NCBI RefSeq assembly: GCF_009914755.1
Contig: NC_060933.1
Reading direction: 5' to 3' (one strand)
Origin: the human T2T-CHM13v2.0 reference genome, Homo sapiens
DNA: 64,000 nt
Position 1 is the stretch's first letter, and every line of letters begins with the position of its first letter. Under the pieces are notes generated by a model that ran no database searches, was not told where the DNA came from, and saw only the letters and a list, made by a program, of their open reading frames with translations. A program made the position numbers and the translations under genes. Below, one piece after another: positions 14,951-28,700 of the stretch.

Positions 14951-17900
14951 TTCCATTCCATTCCATTCCATTCCATTCCATGCCATTCCACTCGGTTTTT
15001 TCCATTCCTTTCCATTCCATTCGGGTTGAATCCATTCCTTTCCATTCCATTCCGTTCAATTCCATTCCATTGCACTCGGGTTGATTCCATTCCATTCCAT
15101 GCCATTCCATTTCATTCCGTTCCATTCCATTCCATTACATTCGGATTGATTCTTTTCAATTCCCTTACACTCCATTACATTCCATTCCATTCGGATAGTT
15201 TCCGTTCCATTCCATTCCATTCCACTCCATTGCATTGCACTCGGGTTGATAGATTCCATTCCATTCCATTCCATTCCATTCCATTCCATTCCATTCCGGA
15301 TGAATCCATTCCATTGCATTCCATTCCATTCCATTCCCCTGCACTCGGGTTGATTCCATTCCATTCCATTCCATTCCATTCCGTTCCATTCCATTCCATT
15401 CCATTCCATTCTGTTCAGGTTAATTCCATTCCATTCCATTCCATTCCATTCCATTCCATTCCATTCCATTCCATTCCATTCCATTGCAATCGAGTTGTTT
15501 CCATTGCATTCCATTCCATTCCATTCCATTGCATTCCATTGCATTCCATTCCCCTGCACTCAGGTTGATTCCATTCCATTCCATTCCATTCCATTCCGGA
15601 TGATTCCATTCCTTTGCCTTCCATTCCACCCCATTCCCCTGCACTCGGGTTGATTCCATTCCATTCCATTCCATTCCATTCCATTCCATTTCGTTCCATT
15701 CCACTCTATTCCGTACCATTCCATTCCATTCCTTTCCATTCCAATCCATGCTATTCCACTCGGATTGATTCCATTCCTTTCCATTCCATTCGAGTTGAAT
15801 CCATTCCATTCCATTCCATTCCATTCGATTCCATTCCATTGCACACGTGTTCATTCCATTCCATTCCATTCCATTCCATTCCATTCCATTCCATTCCATT
15901 TAGTTCCATTCCATTCTATTCCATACCATTCCATTCCATTCCATTCCATTCCACTCCATTCCATGCTATTCCTCTCGGGTTTATTCCATTCCTTTCCATT
16001 CCATTCGGGTTGAATCCATTCCATTCCATTCAATTCCATTCCACTCGATTCCATTACATTGCACTCGTGTTGTTTCCATTCCATTCCATTCCATTCCATT
16101 TCATTCCATTCCATTCCATTCCATTCCATTCCATTCCATTCCATTTCATTCCATTCCATTCCATTCCATTCCATTCCATTCCATTCCATTCCATGCCATT
16201 CCACTCGGGTTGATTCCATTCCTTTCCATTCCATTCGAGTTGAAACCATTCCATTCCATTCCATTCCATTCCATTCCAATCCATTGCACACGGGTTCATT
16301 CCATTGCATTCCATTCCATTCCATTCCATTCCATTCCATTCCATTCCATTTCTTTCCATTCCATTCTATTCCTTACCATTCCATTCCATTCCATTCCATT
16401 CCATGCCATTCCACTCGGGTTTATTCCATTCCTTTCCATTCCATTCGGGTTGAATCCATTCCTTTCCATTCCATTCCGTTCAATTCCATTCCATTGCACT
16501 CGGGTTGATTCCATTCCATTCCATGCCATTCCATTTCATTCCGTTCCATTCCATTCCATTACATTCGGATTGATTCTTTTCAATTCCCTTACACTCCATT
16601 ACATTCCATTCCATTCGGGTAGTTTCCGTTCCATTCCATTCCATTCCACTCCATTGCTTTGCACTCGGGTTGATTGATTCCATTACATTGCTTTCCATTC
16701 CATTCCATTCCATTCCGGATGAATCCATTCCATTGCATTCCATTCCATTCCATTCCCCTTCCCTCGGGTTGATTCCATTCCATTCCATTCCATTCCATTC
16801 CGTTCCATTCCATTCCATTCCATTCCATTCTGTTCAGGTTAATTCCATTCCATTCCATTCCATTCCATTCCATTCCATTCCATTCCATTCCATTCCATTG
16901 CAATCGAGTTGTTTCCATTGCATTCCATTCCATTCCATTCCATTGCATTCCATTGCATTCCATTCCCCTGCACTCAGGTTGATTCCATTCCATTCCATTC
17001 CATTCCATTCTATTCGCGTTAATTCCATTCCATTCCATTCCATTACATTCCATTGCAATCTACTTGATTCCATTCCATTCCATTCCATTCCATTTAATTC
17101 AAGTCCTTTCCATTCCATTCCACTCGTGTTTATTCCATTTTATTAGTTTCCATTCCAATCCTTTCCCTTCCATTCCACTCTGGTTGATTCCATTCCTTTC
17201 CATTCCACTCGAATTCATTCCCTTCTATTCCACTCGGAATGATTCCATTCCATTCCGTTCCATTCCATTCCATTCGATTCTATTTCCTACCATTGCTTTC
17301 TATTCCGTACCATTCCATTCCATTCCATTCCATGCCATTCCACTCTGGTTGATTCCATTGCTTTCCATTCCATTTGGGTTGAATCCATTCCATTCCATTC
17401 CATTCCATTCCATTCCATTCCATTGCACTAGGTTTGATTCCATTCCACTGCATTCCATTCCATTCCATTCCATTCCATTCCATTCCGTTCCATTCAGTTC
17501 CATTACATTCGGATTGATTCTTTTTAATTCCCTCAGACTCCATTACATTCCATTCCATTCGGGTACTTTCCATTCCATTCCATTCCATTCCATTCCATTC
17601 CACTGCATTATATTGCACTCGGGTTTATTGATTCCATTCCATTGCATTCCATTCCATTCCATTCCATTCCGGATGATTCCATTCCATTGCATTCCATTCT
17701 ATTCCATTCCCCTGCACTCGGGTTGATTCCATTCCATTCCATTCCATTCTATTCCGTTCCGTTCCATTCCATTCCATTCCATTCTGTTCAGGTTAATTCC
17801 ATTCCATTCCATTCCCTTCCATTCCATTCCATTCCATTCCATTGCAATCGAATTGATTCCATTGCATTCCATTTCATTCCATTCCATTGCATTCCATTCC

Positions 17901-20900
17901 ATTCCTATCCCCTGCACTCAGGTTGATTCCATTCCATTCCATTCCATTCCATTCCATTCCATTCTATTCCATTCCATTCTATTCGCGGTAATTCCATTCC
18001 ATTCCATTCCATTACCTTCCATTGCAATCAAGTTGATTCCATTCCATTCCGTTCCTTTCCATTCCATTCCATTCAAGTCCTTTCCATTCCATTCCAGTCG
18101 TGTTGATTCCATTTTATTAGTTTCCATTCCATTCCATTCCCTTCCATTCCACTCTGGTTGATTCCATTCCTTTCCATTCCACTCGAATACATTCCCTTCT
18201 ATTCCACTCGGAATGATTCCATTCCATTCCGTTCCATTCCATTCCATTCCATTCCATTTCTTTCCATTCCATTCTGTTCCGTACCATTCCATTCCATTCC
18301 ACTCCATTCCATTCCATTCCATTCCATTCCATTCCATTCCATTCCATGCCATTCCACTCGGGTTGATTCCATTGCTTTCCATTCCATTTGGGTTGAATCC
18401 ATTCCATTCCATTCCATTCCATTCCATTCCATTCAATTGCACTAGGTTTGATTCCATTCCACTGCATTCCATTCCATTCCATTCCATTCCATTCCACTCC
18501 ATTCCATTCCATTCCCCCGCACTCGGGTTCATTCCATTCCATTGCATTTACTTCCATTCCATTCCATTCCATTCCATTCCATTCCATTCCATTCCATTGC
18601 AATCGAGTTGATTCCATTCCATTCTTTCTATTCAATTCCGGATGATTCCATTCCATTGCCTTCAATTCCATTCCATTCCCCTGCACTCGGGTTGATTCCA
18701 TTCCATTCCATTCCATTCCATTCCATTCCATTCCATTTCATTCTATTCCATTTCTTTCCATTCCATTCTATTCCGTACCATTCCATTCCATTCCATTCCA
18801 TTCCATTCCATTCCATTCCATTCTATTCGGGTTAATTCCATTGCACTCCATTCCATTCCATTCCATTCCATTCCATTCCTTTCCATGCCATTCCACTCGG
18901 GTTGATTCCATTCCTTTCCATTCCATTCGAGTTGAATACATTCCAATCCATTCCATTGCATTCGATTCCATTCCATTGCACACGGGTTCATTCCATTCCA
19001 TTCCATTCCATTCCATTGCAATCGAGTTGATTCCATTACATTCCATTCAATTCCGGATGATTCCATTCCATTGCCTTCAATTCCATTCCATTCCCCTGCA
19101 CTCGGGTTGATTCCATTCCATTCCATTCCATTTCATTCCATTCCATATCGTTCCATTCCATTCTATTCCATACCATTCCATTCCATTCCATTCCATTCCA
19201 TTCCATTCCATTCCATTCCATGCCATTCCACTCGGGTTGATTCCATTCCTTTCCATTCCATTCGAGTTGAATCCATTCCATTCCATTCCATTCCATTCGA
19301 TTCCATTCCATTGCACACGGGTTCATTCCATTCCATTCCATTCCATTCCATTCCATTCTATTTCGTTCCATTCCATTCTATTCCGTACCATTCCATTCCT
19401 TTCCATTCCATTCCATTCCATTCCACTCCATTCCATGCCATTCCACTCGGGTATATTCCATTCCTTTCCATTCCATTCGGGTTGAATCCATTCCATTCCA
19501 TTCCATTCCATTCGATTCCATTACATTGCACTCGGGTTGATTCCATTCCATTCCATTCCATTACATTTCATTCCATTCCATTCCATTCCATTTCATTCAA
19601 TTCTATTCCATTCAATGCCATTCCATTCGTGTTTATTCCATTCCTTTCCATTCCATTCGAGTTGAACCCATTCCATTCCATTCCATTCCATTCCATTCCG
19701 TTCCATTCCATTGCACACGGGTTCATTCCATTCCATTCCATTACATTACATTACATTTCGTTCCTTTCAATTCTATTCCGTTCCATTCCATTCCATTCCA
19801 CTGCATTCCATTCCATTAAATTCCCCTGCACTTGGTGTGATTCCGTTCCATTCTATTCCATTCCATTCCTTTCCATTCCATTCAATTCCATTCTATTCGG
19901 GTTAATTCCATTCCATTCCATTCCATTCAATTCCATTCCATTGCAATCGAGTTGATTCCATTGCATTCCATTCCATTCCATTCCAGTCCTTTCCATTCCA
20001 TTCCACTCGGGTTGATTCCATTCTATTCCTTTCCATTCCATTCGATTCCATTCCATTCCACTCTGGTTGATTCCATTCCTTTTCATTCCACTCGAAAACA
20101 TTTCCTTCTATTCCACTCGGAATGATTCCATTCCATTCCATTTCGTTCTTTCCATTCTATTCCGTACCATTCCATTCCATTCCATTCCATTCCATTCCAT
20201 TCCATGCCATTCCACTCGCGTTGATTCCATTCCTTTCCATTCCATTCGAGTTAAATCCATTCCAATCCATTCCATTCCATTCGATTCCATTCCATTGCAC
20301 ACGGGTTCATTCCATTCCATTCTATTCCATTCCATTCCATTCCATTCCATTTCGTTCCATCCCATTCTATTCCGTACCATTCCATTCCATTCCATTCCAT
20401 TCCATTCCACTCCATTCCATGCCATTCCATTCTGGTTTATTCCATTCCTTTCCATTCCATTCGGGTTGAATCCATTCCATTCCATTCCATTCCATTCAAT
20501 TCCATTACATTGCACTCGGGTTGATTCCATTCCATTCCATTACATTACATTTCATTCCATTCCACTCCATTCCATGCCATTCCACGCGGGTTTATTCCAT
20601 TCCTTTCCATTCCATTCGTGTTGAATCCATTCCATTCCATTCCATTCCATTCGATTCCATTACACTGCACTCGGGTTGATTCAATTCCATTCCATTCCAT
20701 TACATTTCATTCCATTCCATTCCATTCCATTCCATTCCATTCCATTCCATTGCACACGGGTTCATTCCATTCCATTCCATTCCATTCCATTGCATTCCAT
20801 TCCATTCCGTTCCATTCCATTCCATTCCTTTCTGTTCAGGTTAATTCCATTCCATTCCTTTCCCTTCCATTCCATTCCATTCCATTCCATTGCAATCGAG

Positions 20901-23900
20901 TTGATTCCATTGCATTCTATTCCATTACATTCCATTGCAATCCATTCCATTCCATTCCCCTGCACTCAGGTTGATTCCATTCGATTCCATTCCATTCCAT
21001 TCCATTCCATTCCGTTCCATTCCATTCCATTCCATTCTATTCGCTTTAATTGCATTCCATTAAATTCCATTGCATTCCATTGCAATCGAGTTGATTTCAT
21101 TCCTTTCCGTTCCATTCCATTCCATTCCATTCCATTTCGTTCCATTCCATTCTATTCCGTACCATTCCATTCCATTCCATTCCATACCATTCCATTCCAT
21201 TCCGTTCCATTCCATTCCATGCCATTCCACTCGGGTTGATTCCATTGCTTTCCATTCCATTTGGGTTGAATCCATTCCATTCCATTCCATTCCATTCCAT
21301 TCCATTCCATTCCATTCCATTCCATTCCATTCCATTGCACTAGGTTTGATTCCATTCCACTGCATTCCATTCCATTCCATTCCATTCCGTTCCATTCCAT
21401 TCCATTACATTCGGATTGATTGTATTCAATTCCCTTACACTCCATTTCATTCCATTCCATTCGGGTTGTTTCCATACCATTCCATTCCATTCTATTCCAT
21501 TTCGTTCCATTCCATTCTATTCGGTACCATTCCATTCCATTCCATTCCATTCCATTCCATGCCATTCCACTTGGGTTGATTCCCTTCCTTTCCATTCCAT
21601 TCGGGTTGAATCCATTCCATTCCATTCCATTCCATTCCTTTCCATTCCATTACACACGGGTTGATTCCTTTCCATTCCTTTCTGTTCCATTCCGGATGAC
21701 TCCATTCCATTCCATTCCATTCCATTCCATTCCATTCCCCTGCCCTCGGGTTCATTACATTCCATTCCATTTACTTCCATTCCATTCCATTCCATTCAAT
21801 TCCATTCTATTCGGGTTAATTCCATTCCATTCCATTCCATTCCATTCCATTCCATTGCATTCCATTGCAATCAAGTTGATTCCATTCCATTCCATTCAAT
21901 TCCGGATGATTCCATTCCATTGCCTTCAATTCCATTCCATTCCCCTGCACTCGGATTGATTCCATTCCATTCCATTCCATTCCATTCCATTCCATTCCAT
22001 TTCATTCCATTCCATTTCGTTCCATTCAATTCTTTTGCGTTCCATTCCATTCCATTCCATTCCATTCCATTCCATTCCTTTCCATTCTATTCGGGTTAAT
22101 TCCATTCCATTCCATTCCATTCCATTCCATTCCATTCCGTTCCATTCAATTCCATTACATTCGGATTGATTCTTTTTAATTCCCTTACACTCCATTACAT
22201 TCTATTCCATTCGGGTAGTTTCCATACCATTCCATTCCATTCCACTGCATTCTATTGCACTCGGGTTGATTGATTCCATTCCATTGCATTCCATTCCATT
22301 CCATTCCATTCCGGATGATTCCATTCCATTGCATTCCGTTGCATTCCATTCCCCTGTACTCGGGTTGATCCCATTCCATTGCATTCCATTCCATTCCATT
22401 CCATTCCATTCCATTCCATTCCGTTCCGTTCCATTCCATTCCCTTCCATTCTGTTCAGGTTAATTCCATTCCATTCCATTCCCTTCCATTCCATTCCATT
22501 CCATTCCATTCCATTCCATTCCATGCCATTCCACTCGGGTTGATTCCATTCCTTTCCATTCCATTCGAGTTGAACCCATTCCATTCCATTCCATTCCATT
22601 GCATTCCACTCGGGTTGATTCCATTCCTTTCCATTCCATTCGGGTTGAAACCATTCCATTCCATTCCATTCCTTTCGATTCCATTCCATTTCACTCGGGT
22701 TGATCCCATTCCATTGCATTCCATTCCATTCCATTGCATTCCATTCCGTTCCATTCCATTCCATTACATTCGTATTGATTCTATTCAATTCCCTTACTCT
22801 CCATTACATTCCATTCCTTTCGGGTTGTTTCCATTCCATTCCATTCCACTCCATTCCATTTCAATCGGGTGATTCCATTACATTCCATTGCATTCCATTC
22901 CATTCCGTATGATTCCATTCCATTGCATTCCATTCCATTCCATTCCCTTGCACTCGGGTGGATTCCATTCTATTCCATTCCATTCCATTCCATTCCATTC
23001 CATTCCATTCCATTCCATTCTATTCGGGTTAATTTCATTCCATTCCATTCCATTCCCTTCCATTGCATTCCATTCCATTCCATTCCATTCCATTGAAATC
23101 GAGTTGATTCCATTCCATTCCATTCCATTCCATTCTATTCCGTTCCATTCCATTCAATTACATTCGTATTGATTCTTTTTAATTCCCTTACACTCCATTA
23201 CATTCCATTCCATTCGGGTACTTTCCATTCCATTCCATTCCATTCCACTGCATTCTATTGCACTCGGGTTGATTGATTCCATTCCATTGCATTCCATTCC
23301 ATTCCATTCCCCTGAACTCGGGTGGATTCCATTCCATTCCATTCCATTCCATTCCGTTACATTCCATTCCATTCCATTCTGTTCAGGTTAATTCCATTCC
23401 ATTCCATTCCCTTCCATTCCATTCCAATCTATTCCATTCCATTCCATTCCATTCCCCTGCACTCAGTTTGATTCCATTCCATTCCATTCCATTCCATTCC
23501 GTTCCATTCCATTCCAATCCATTGTATTCGCATTAATTCCATTCAATTCCATTCCATTACATTCCATTGCAGTCGAGTTGATTCCATTCCATTCCATTCC
23601 ATTCCATTCAAGTCCTTTCCATTCCATTCCACTCGTGTTGATTCCATTTTATTAGTTTCCATTCCATTCCATTCCCTTCCATTCCACTCTGGTTGATTCC
23701 ATTCCTTTCCATTCTACTCGAATGCATTCCCTTCTATTCCACTCTGATTGATTCCATTCCATTCCGTTCCATTCCATTCCATTTCGTTCCATTCCATTCC
23801 ATTCCATTCCATTCCTTTCCATTCCATTCCGTTCCATTCCATTCCATTCCATTCCATTTCTTTCCATTCCATTCTATTCCATACCATTCCATTCCATTCC

Positions 23901-25746
23901 GTTCCATGCCATTCCACTCGGGTTGATTCCATTGCTTTCCATTCCATTTGGGTTGAATCCATTCCATTCCATTCCATTCCATTCCATTCCATTCCATTGC
24001 ATTCCATTCCATTGCACTAGGATTGATTCCATTCCACTGCATTCCATTCCATTCCATTCCATTCCATTCCGTTCCATTCCATTCCATTACATTCGTATTG
24101 ATTGTATTCAATTCCCTTACACTCCATTACATTCCATTCCACTCGGGTTGTTTCCATTCCATTCCATTCCATTCCACTCCATTCCATTGCAGTCGGGTTG
24201 ATTCCATTCCATTCCATTCCATTCCCTTCCATTCCATTTCGTTCCATTCCATTCTATTCCATACCATTCCATTCCATTCCATTCCATTCCACTCCATTGC
24301 ATTCCATTCCATTCCATGCCATTCCACTCGGGTTGATTCCTTTCCATTCCATTCCATTCGGGTTGAAACCATTCCATTCCTTTCTATTCCATTCCATTCC
24401 ATTCCGGATGATTGCATTCCATTGCCTTCCATTCAATTGCATTCCCCTGCACCCGGGTTGATTCCATTCAATTCCATTCCATTCCATTCCGTTCCATTCC
24501 ATTGCATTCCATTCCATTCCATTCCATTCCATTCCACTCGGGTTGATTCCATTCCTTTCCATTCCATTCGGGGTGAAGCCTTTCCATTCCATTCCATTCC
24601 TTTCGATTCCATTCCATTGCACTCGGGTTGATCCCATTCCATTGCATTCCATTCCATTCCATTACATTCCATTCCATTCCATTCCGTTCCATTCAATTCC
24701 ATTACATTCGGATTGATTCTATTCAATTCCCTTACACTCCATCACATTCCATTCCATTCGGGTTGTTTCCATTCCATTCCATTCCATTGCATTCCATTGC
24801 ATTCCATTCCATTCCATTCCGTATGATTCCATTCTATTGCATTCTATTCCATTCCATTCCCCTGCAGTCGGGTGGATTCCATTCTATTCCATTCCATTCC
24901 ATTCCATTCCATTCCATTCCATTCCATTCCATTGAAATCGAGTTGATTCCATTCCATTCCATTCCATTCCATTCCATTCCATTCCATTCTATTCGGGTTA
25001 ATTCCATTCCATTCCATTCCATTCCATTCCATTCCATTCCATTCCATTCTATTAGGGTTAATTCCATTCCATTCCATTCCATTCCATTCCATTCCATTCC
25101 ATTCCATTGCAATCGAGTTGATTCCATTCCATTCCATTCCATTCAATTCCATTGAACTCGGGTTGATTCCATTCCATTCCATGCCATTCCATTTCATTCC
25201 AATCCATTGCCTTCCATTCCATTCCATTCCTCTGCACTCAGGTTGATTCCATTCCATTCCTTTCCATTCCATTCCATTCCATTCCATGCCATTCCACTCG
25301 GGTTGATTCCATTACTTTCCATTACATTCGAGTTGAATCCATTCCATTCGATTCCATTCCATTCGATTCCATTCCATTGCTCACGGGTTCATTCCATTCC
25401 ATTCCATTCCATTCCATTCCATTTCGTTCCATTCCATTCTCTTCCGTAGTATTCCATTCCACTCCATTCCACTCCATTCCATGCCATTCCACTCGGGTTT
25501 ATTCCATTCCTTTCCATTCCATTCGGGTTGAATTCATTCCATTCCATTCCACTCCATTCCATTCAATTCCATTACATTGCAATCGGGTTGATTCCATTGC
25601 ATTCCATTCCATTTCAATCCATTCCCTTCCATTCCATTTCATTCCATTCCATTCCATTCCATTCCATTCCATTCCATTCCATGCCATTCCACTGGGGTTG
25701 ATTCCATTACTTTCCATTCCATTCTAGTTGAACCCATTCCATTCCA

Positions 25747-25793
25747 TTCCATTCCATTCCATTCCATTGCACACGGAATGGAATGGAATGGAA
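25747..25793. other. Satellite strand-switch (inversion) breakpoint with perfect inverted repeat (19-bp arms, 9-nt spacer)
   Basis: ...attccattccattgcacac|ggaatggaatggaatggaaacaaccc...; 25747-25765 ttccattccattccattcc pairs with 25775-25793 ggaatggaatggaatggaa; spacer attgcacac. Confidence 0.95.
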
Positions 25794-28700
25794 ACAACCC
25801 GAATGGAATGGAATGTAATGGAGTGTAAGGGAATTGAATACAATCAATCCGAATGTAATGGAATGGAATGGAACGGAATGGAATGGAATGGAATGCAGTG
25901 GAATGGAATCAAACCTAGTGCAATGGAATGGAATGGAATGGAATGGAATGGAATGGAATGGAAGGGATTGGATTCAACCCAAATGGAATGGAAAGCAATG
26001 GAATCAACCCCAGTGGAATGGCATGGAATGGAATGGAATGGAATGGAATGGAATGGTACAGAATAGAATGGAATGGAACGAAATGGAATGGAATGGAATG
26101 GAATGGAACGGAATGGAATTAACGCGAATAGAATGGAATGGAATGTAATGGAACGGAATGGAATGGAATGGGATGGAATGGAATCAATCTGAGTGCAGGG
26201 GAATGGAATGGAATGGAATGCAATGGAATGGAATGGAATGGAATGGAATGCAATGGAATCAACTAGATTGCAATGGGATGGAATGGAATGGAATGGAATG
26301 GAAGGGAATGGAATGGAATGGAATTAACCTGAACAGAATGGAATGGAATGGAATGGAACGGAATGGAAGGGAATGGAATGGAATGGAATTAACCTGAACA
26401 GAATGGAATAGAATGGAATGGAATGGAATGGAATGGAATGGAATGGAATGGAATGGAATGGAATGCAATGGAATGGGATCAACCCGAGTGCAGGGGAATG
26501 GAATGGAATGGAATGCAATGGAATGGAATCAATCAACCCGAGTGCAATAGAATGCAGTGGAATGGAATGGAATGGAATGGAAAGTACCCGAATGGAATGG
26601 AATGTAATGGAGTGTAAGGGAATTAAAAAGAATCAATCCGAATGTAATGGAATGGAATTGAAAGGAAAGGAATGGAAAGGAATGGAACGGAATGGAACGG
26701 AATGAAATGGAATGGCATAGAACGGAATGGAATCAACCCGAGCGCAATGGAATGGAATGGAATGGAATGGAATGGATTCAACCCGAATGGAATGGAAAGG
26801 AATGGAATAAACCCGAGTGAAATGGCATGGAATGGAATGGAATGGAATGGAATGGTATGGAGTAGAATGGAATGGAACGAAATGGAATGGAATGGAATGG
26901 AATGGAATGGAATGGAATGGAATGAACCCGTGAGCAATGGAATGGAATGGAATGGAATGGAATGGAATGGAATGGAATCAACCCGATTGCAATGTAATGG
27001 AGTGGAATGGAATGGAATGGAGTGGAAACAACCCGAATGGAATGGAATGTAATGGAGAGTAACGGAATTGAATAGAATCAATACGAATGTAATGGAATGG
27101 AATGGAACGGAATGGAATGCAATGGAATGGAATGGAATGCAATGGAATGGGATCAACCCGAGTGAAACGGAATGGAATCGAAAGGAATGGAATGGAATGG
27201 AATGGTTTCAACCCGAATGGAATGGAAAGGAATGGAATCAACCCGAGTGGAATGGAATGGAATGGAATGGAATGGAATGGAATGGAATGGAATGGAATGG
27301 AATGGAATGGGTTCAACTCGAATGGAAGGGAAAAGAATGGAATCAACCCGAGTGGAATGGCATGGAATGGAATGAATGGAATGGAATGGAATGGAATGGA
27401 ATGGAATGGATTCAACCCGAATGGAATGGAAGGGAATGGAATAAACCCGAGTGGAATGGCATGGAATGGAGTGGAATGGAATTGAATGGAAGGGAATGGT
27501 ACGCAATAGAATGGAATGGAACGAAATGGAATGGAATGGAATGGAATGGAATGGAATGAACCCGTGTGCAATTGAATGGAATCGAATGGAATGGAATGCA
27601 ATGGAATGGATTCAACTAGAATGGAATGGAAAGGAATGGAATCAACCCGAGTGGAATGGCATGGCATGGAATGGAATGGAATGGAATGGAAAGGATTGGT
27701 ACGGAATAGAATGGAATGGAACGAAATGGAATGGAATGGAATGGAATGGAATGGAATAGAATGGAATCCACCCGATTGCAGGGGAATGGAATGGAATGGA
27801 ATGGAATGGAATGGAATGGATTCAACCCGAATGGAATGGAAAGGAATGGAATCAAACCGAGTGGATTGGCATGGAATGGAATGGAATGGAATGGAATGGT
27901 AGGGAATAGAATGGAATGGAACGAAATGGAATGGAATGGAATGGAATGGAATGGAATGGAATGGAATGGAATCAACCTGAGTGCAATGGAATGGAGTGGA
28001 AGGGAATGTACTGGAACGGAAACAACACGAATGGAATGGAATGTAATGGAGTGTAAGGGAATTGAATACAATCAATCCGAATGTAATGGAATGGAATGGA
28101 ACGGAATGGAATGGAATGCAATGGAATGGAATGGAATGGAATGGAATGGAATGGAATGAAATGGAATGGCAGGGAATGGAATGGAATCAACCCGAGTGCA
28201 ATGGAATGGAATGGAATGGAATGGAATGGAATGGAATGGATTCAACCCGAATGGAATGGATAGGAATGGAATAAACCCGAGTGGAATGGCATGGAATGGA
28301 ATGGAATGGAATGGAATGTTACGGAATAGAATGGAATGGAACGAAATGGAATGGAATGGAATGGAATGGAATGGAATGGAATGGAATGGAATGGAATCAA
28401 CCTGAGTGCAATGGAATGGAATGGAATGGAATGGAATGGAATGGAAACAACCCGAATGGAATGGAATGTAATGGAGTGTAAGGAATTGAATACAATCAAT
28501 CCGAATGTAATGGAATGGAATGGAACGGAATGGAATGGAATGGAATGCAGTGGAATGGAATCAAACCTAGTGCAATGGAATGGAATGGAATGGAATGGAA
28601 TGGAATGGATTGGATTCAACACAAATGGAATGGAAAGCAATAGAATCAACCCGAGTGGAATGGCATGGAATGGAATGGAATGGAATGGAATGGAATGGAA

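Larger units (their letters stand above)
2060..19790 (+). repeat. Large higher-order duplication, ~2.06-9.44 kb repeated at ~12.74-19.79 kb (offset ~10.2 kb over most of its length)
   Basis: Colinear rare markers: cgaattc 7017/17211; ccctcagact 7351/~17530; ttctttctattcaattccgg ~8413/~18622; ttcaatgcc ~9242/~19611; ccaatccatgct ~4139/~14373 and ~5582/~15741. Confidence 0.85.
1..25774 (+). repeat. HSat3 / satellite III array, C-rich (CATTC)n strand on +
   Basis: Continuous CATTC pentamers with recurring variants (actcgggttgattcc = reverse complement of the SatIII ggaatcaacccgagt motif; ccatgccattcc; ccggatgattcc). CATTCGATTC is sparse, which argues for HSat3 rather than HSat2. Confidence 0.97.

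Noticed and set aside
25761-25779. Heat-shock element created by the inversion junction itself
   Set aside because: The nTTCn (25761-25765) and nGAAn (25775-25779) units are separated by 9 nt, one base off the 5-bp register.
25700-25850. Transposon insertion or target-site duplication at the strand switch
   Set aside because: Both sides are satellite right up to the junction, with no foreign bases, poly(A) or TSD.
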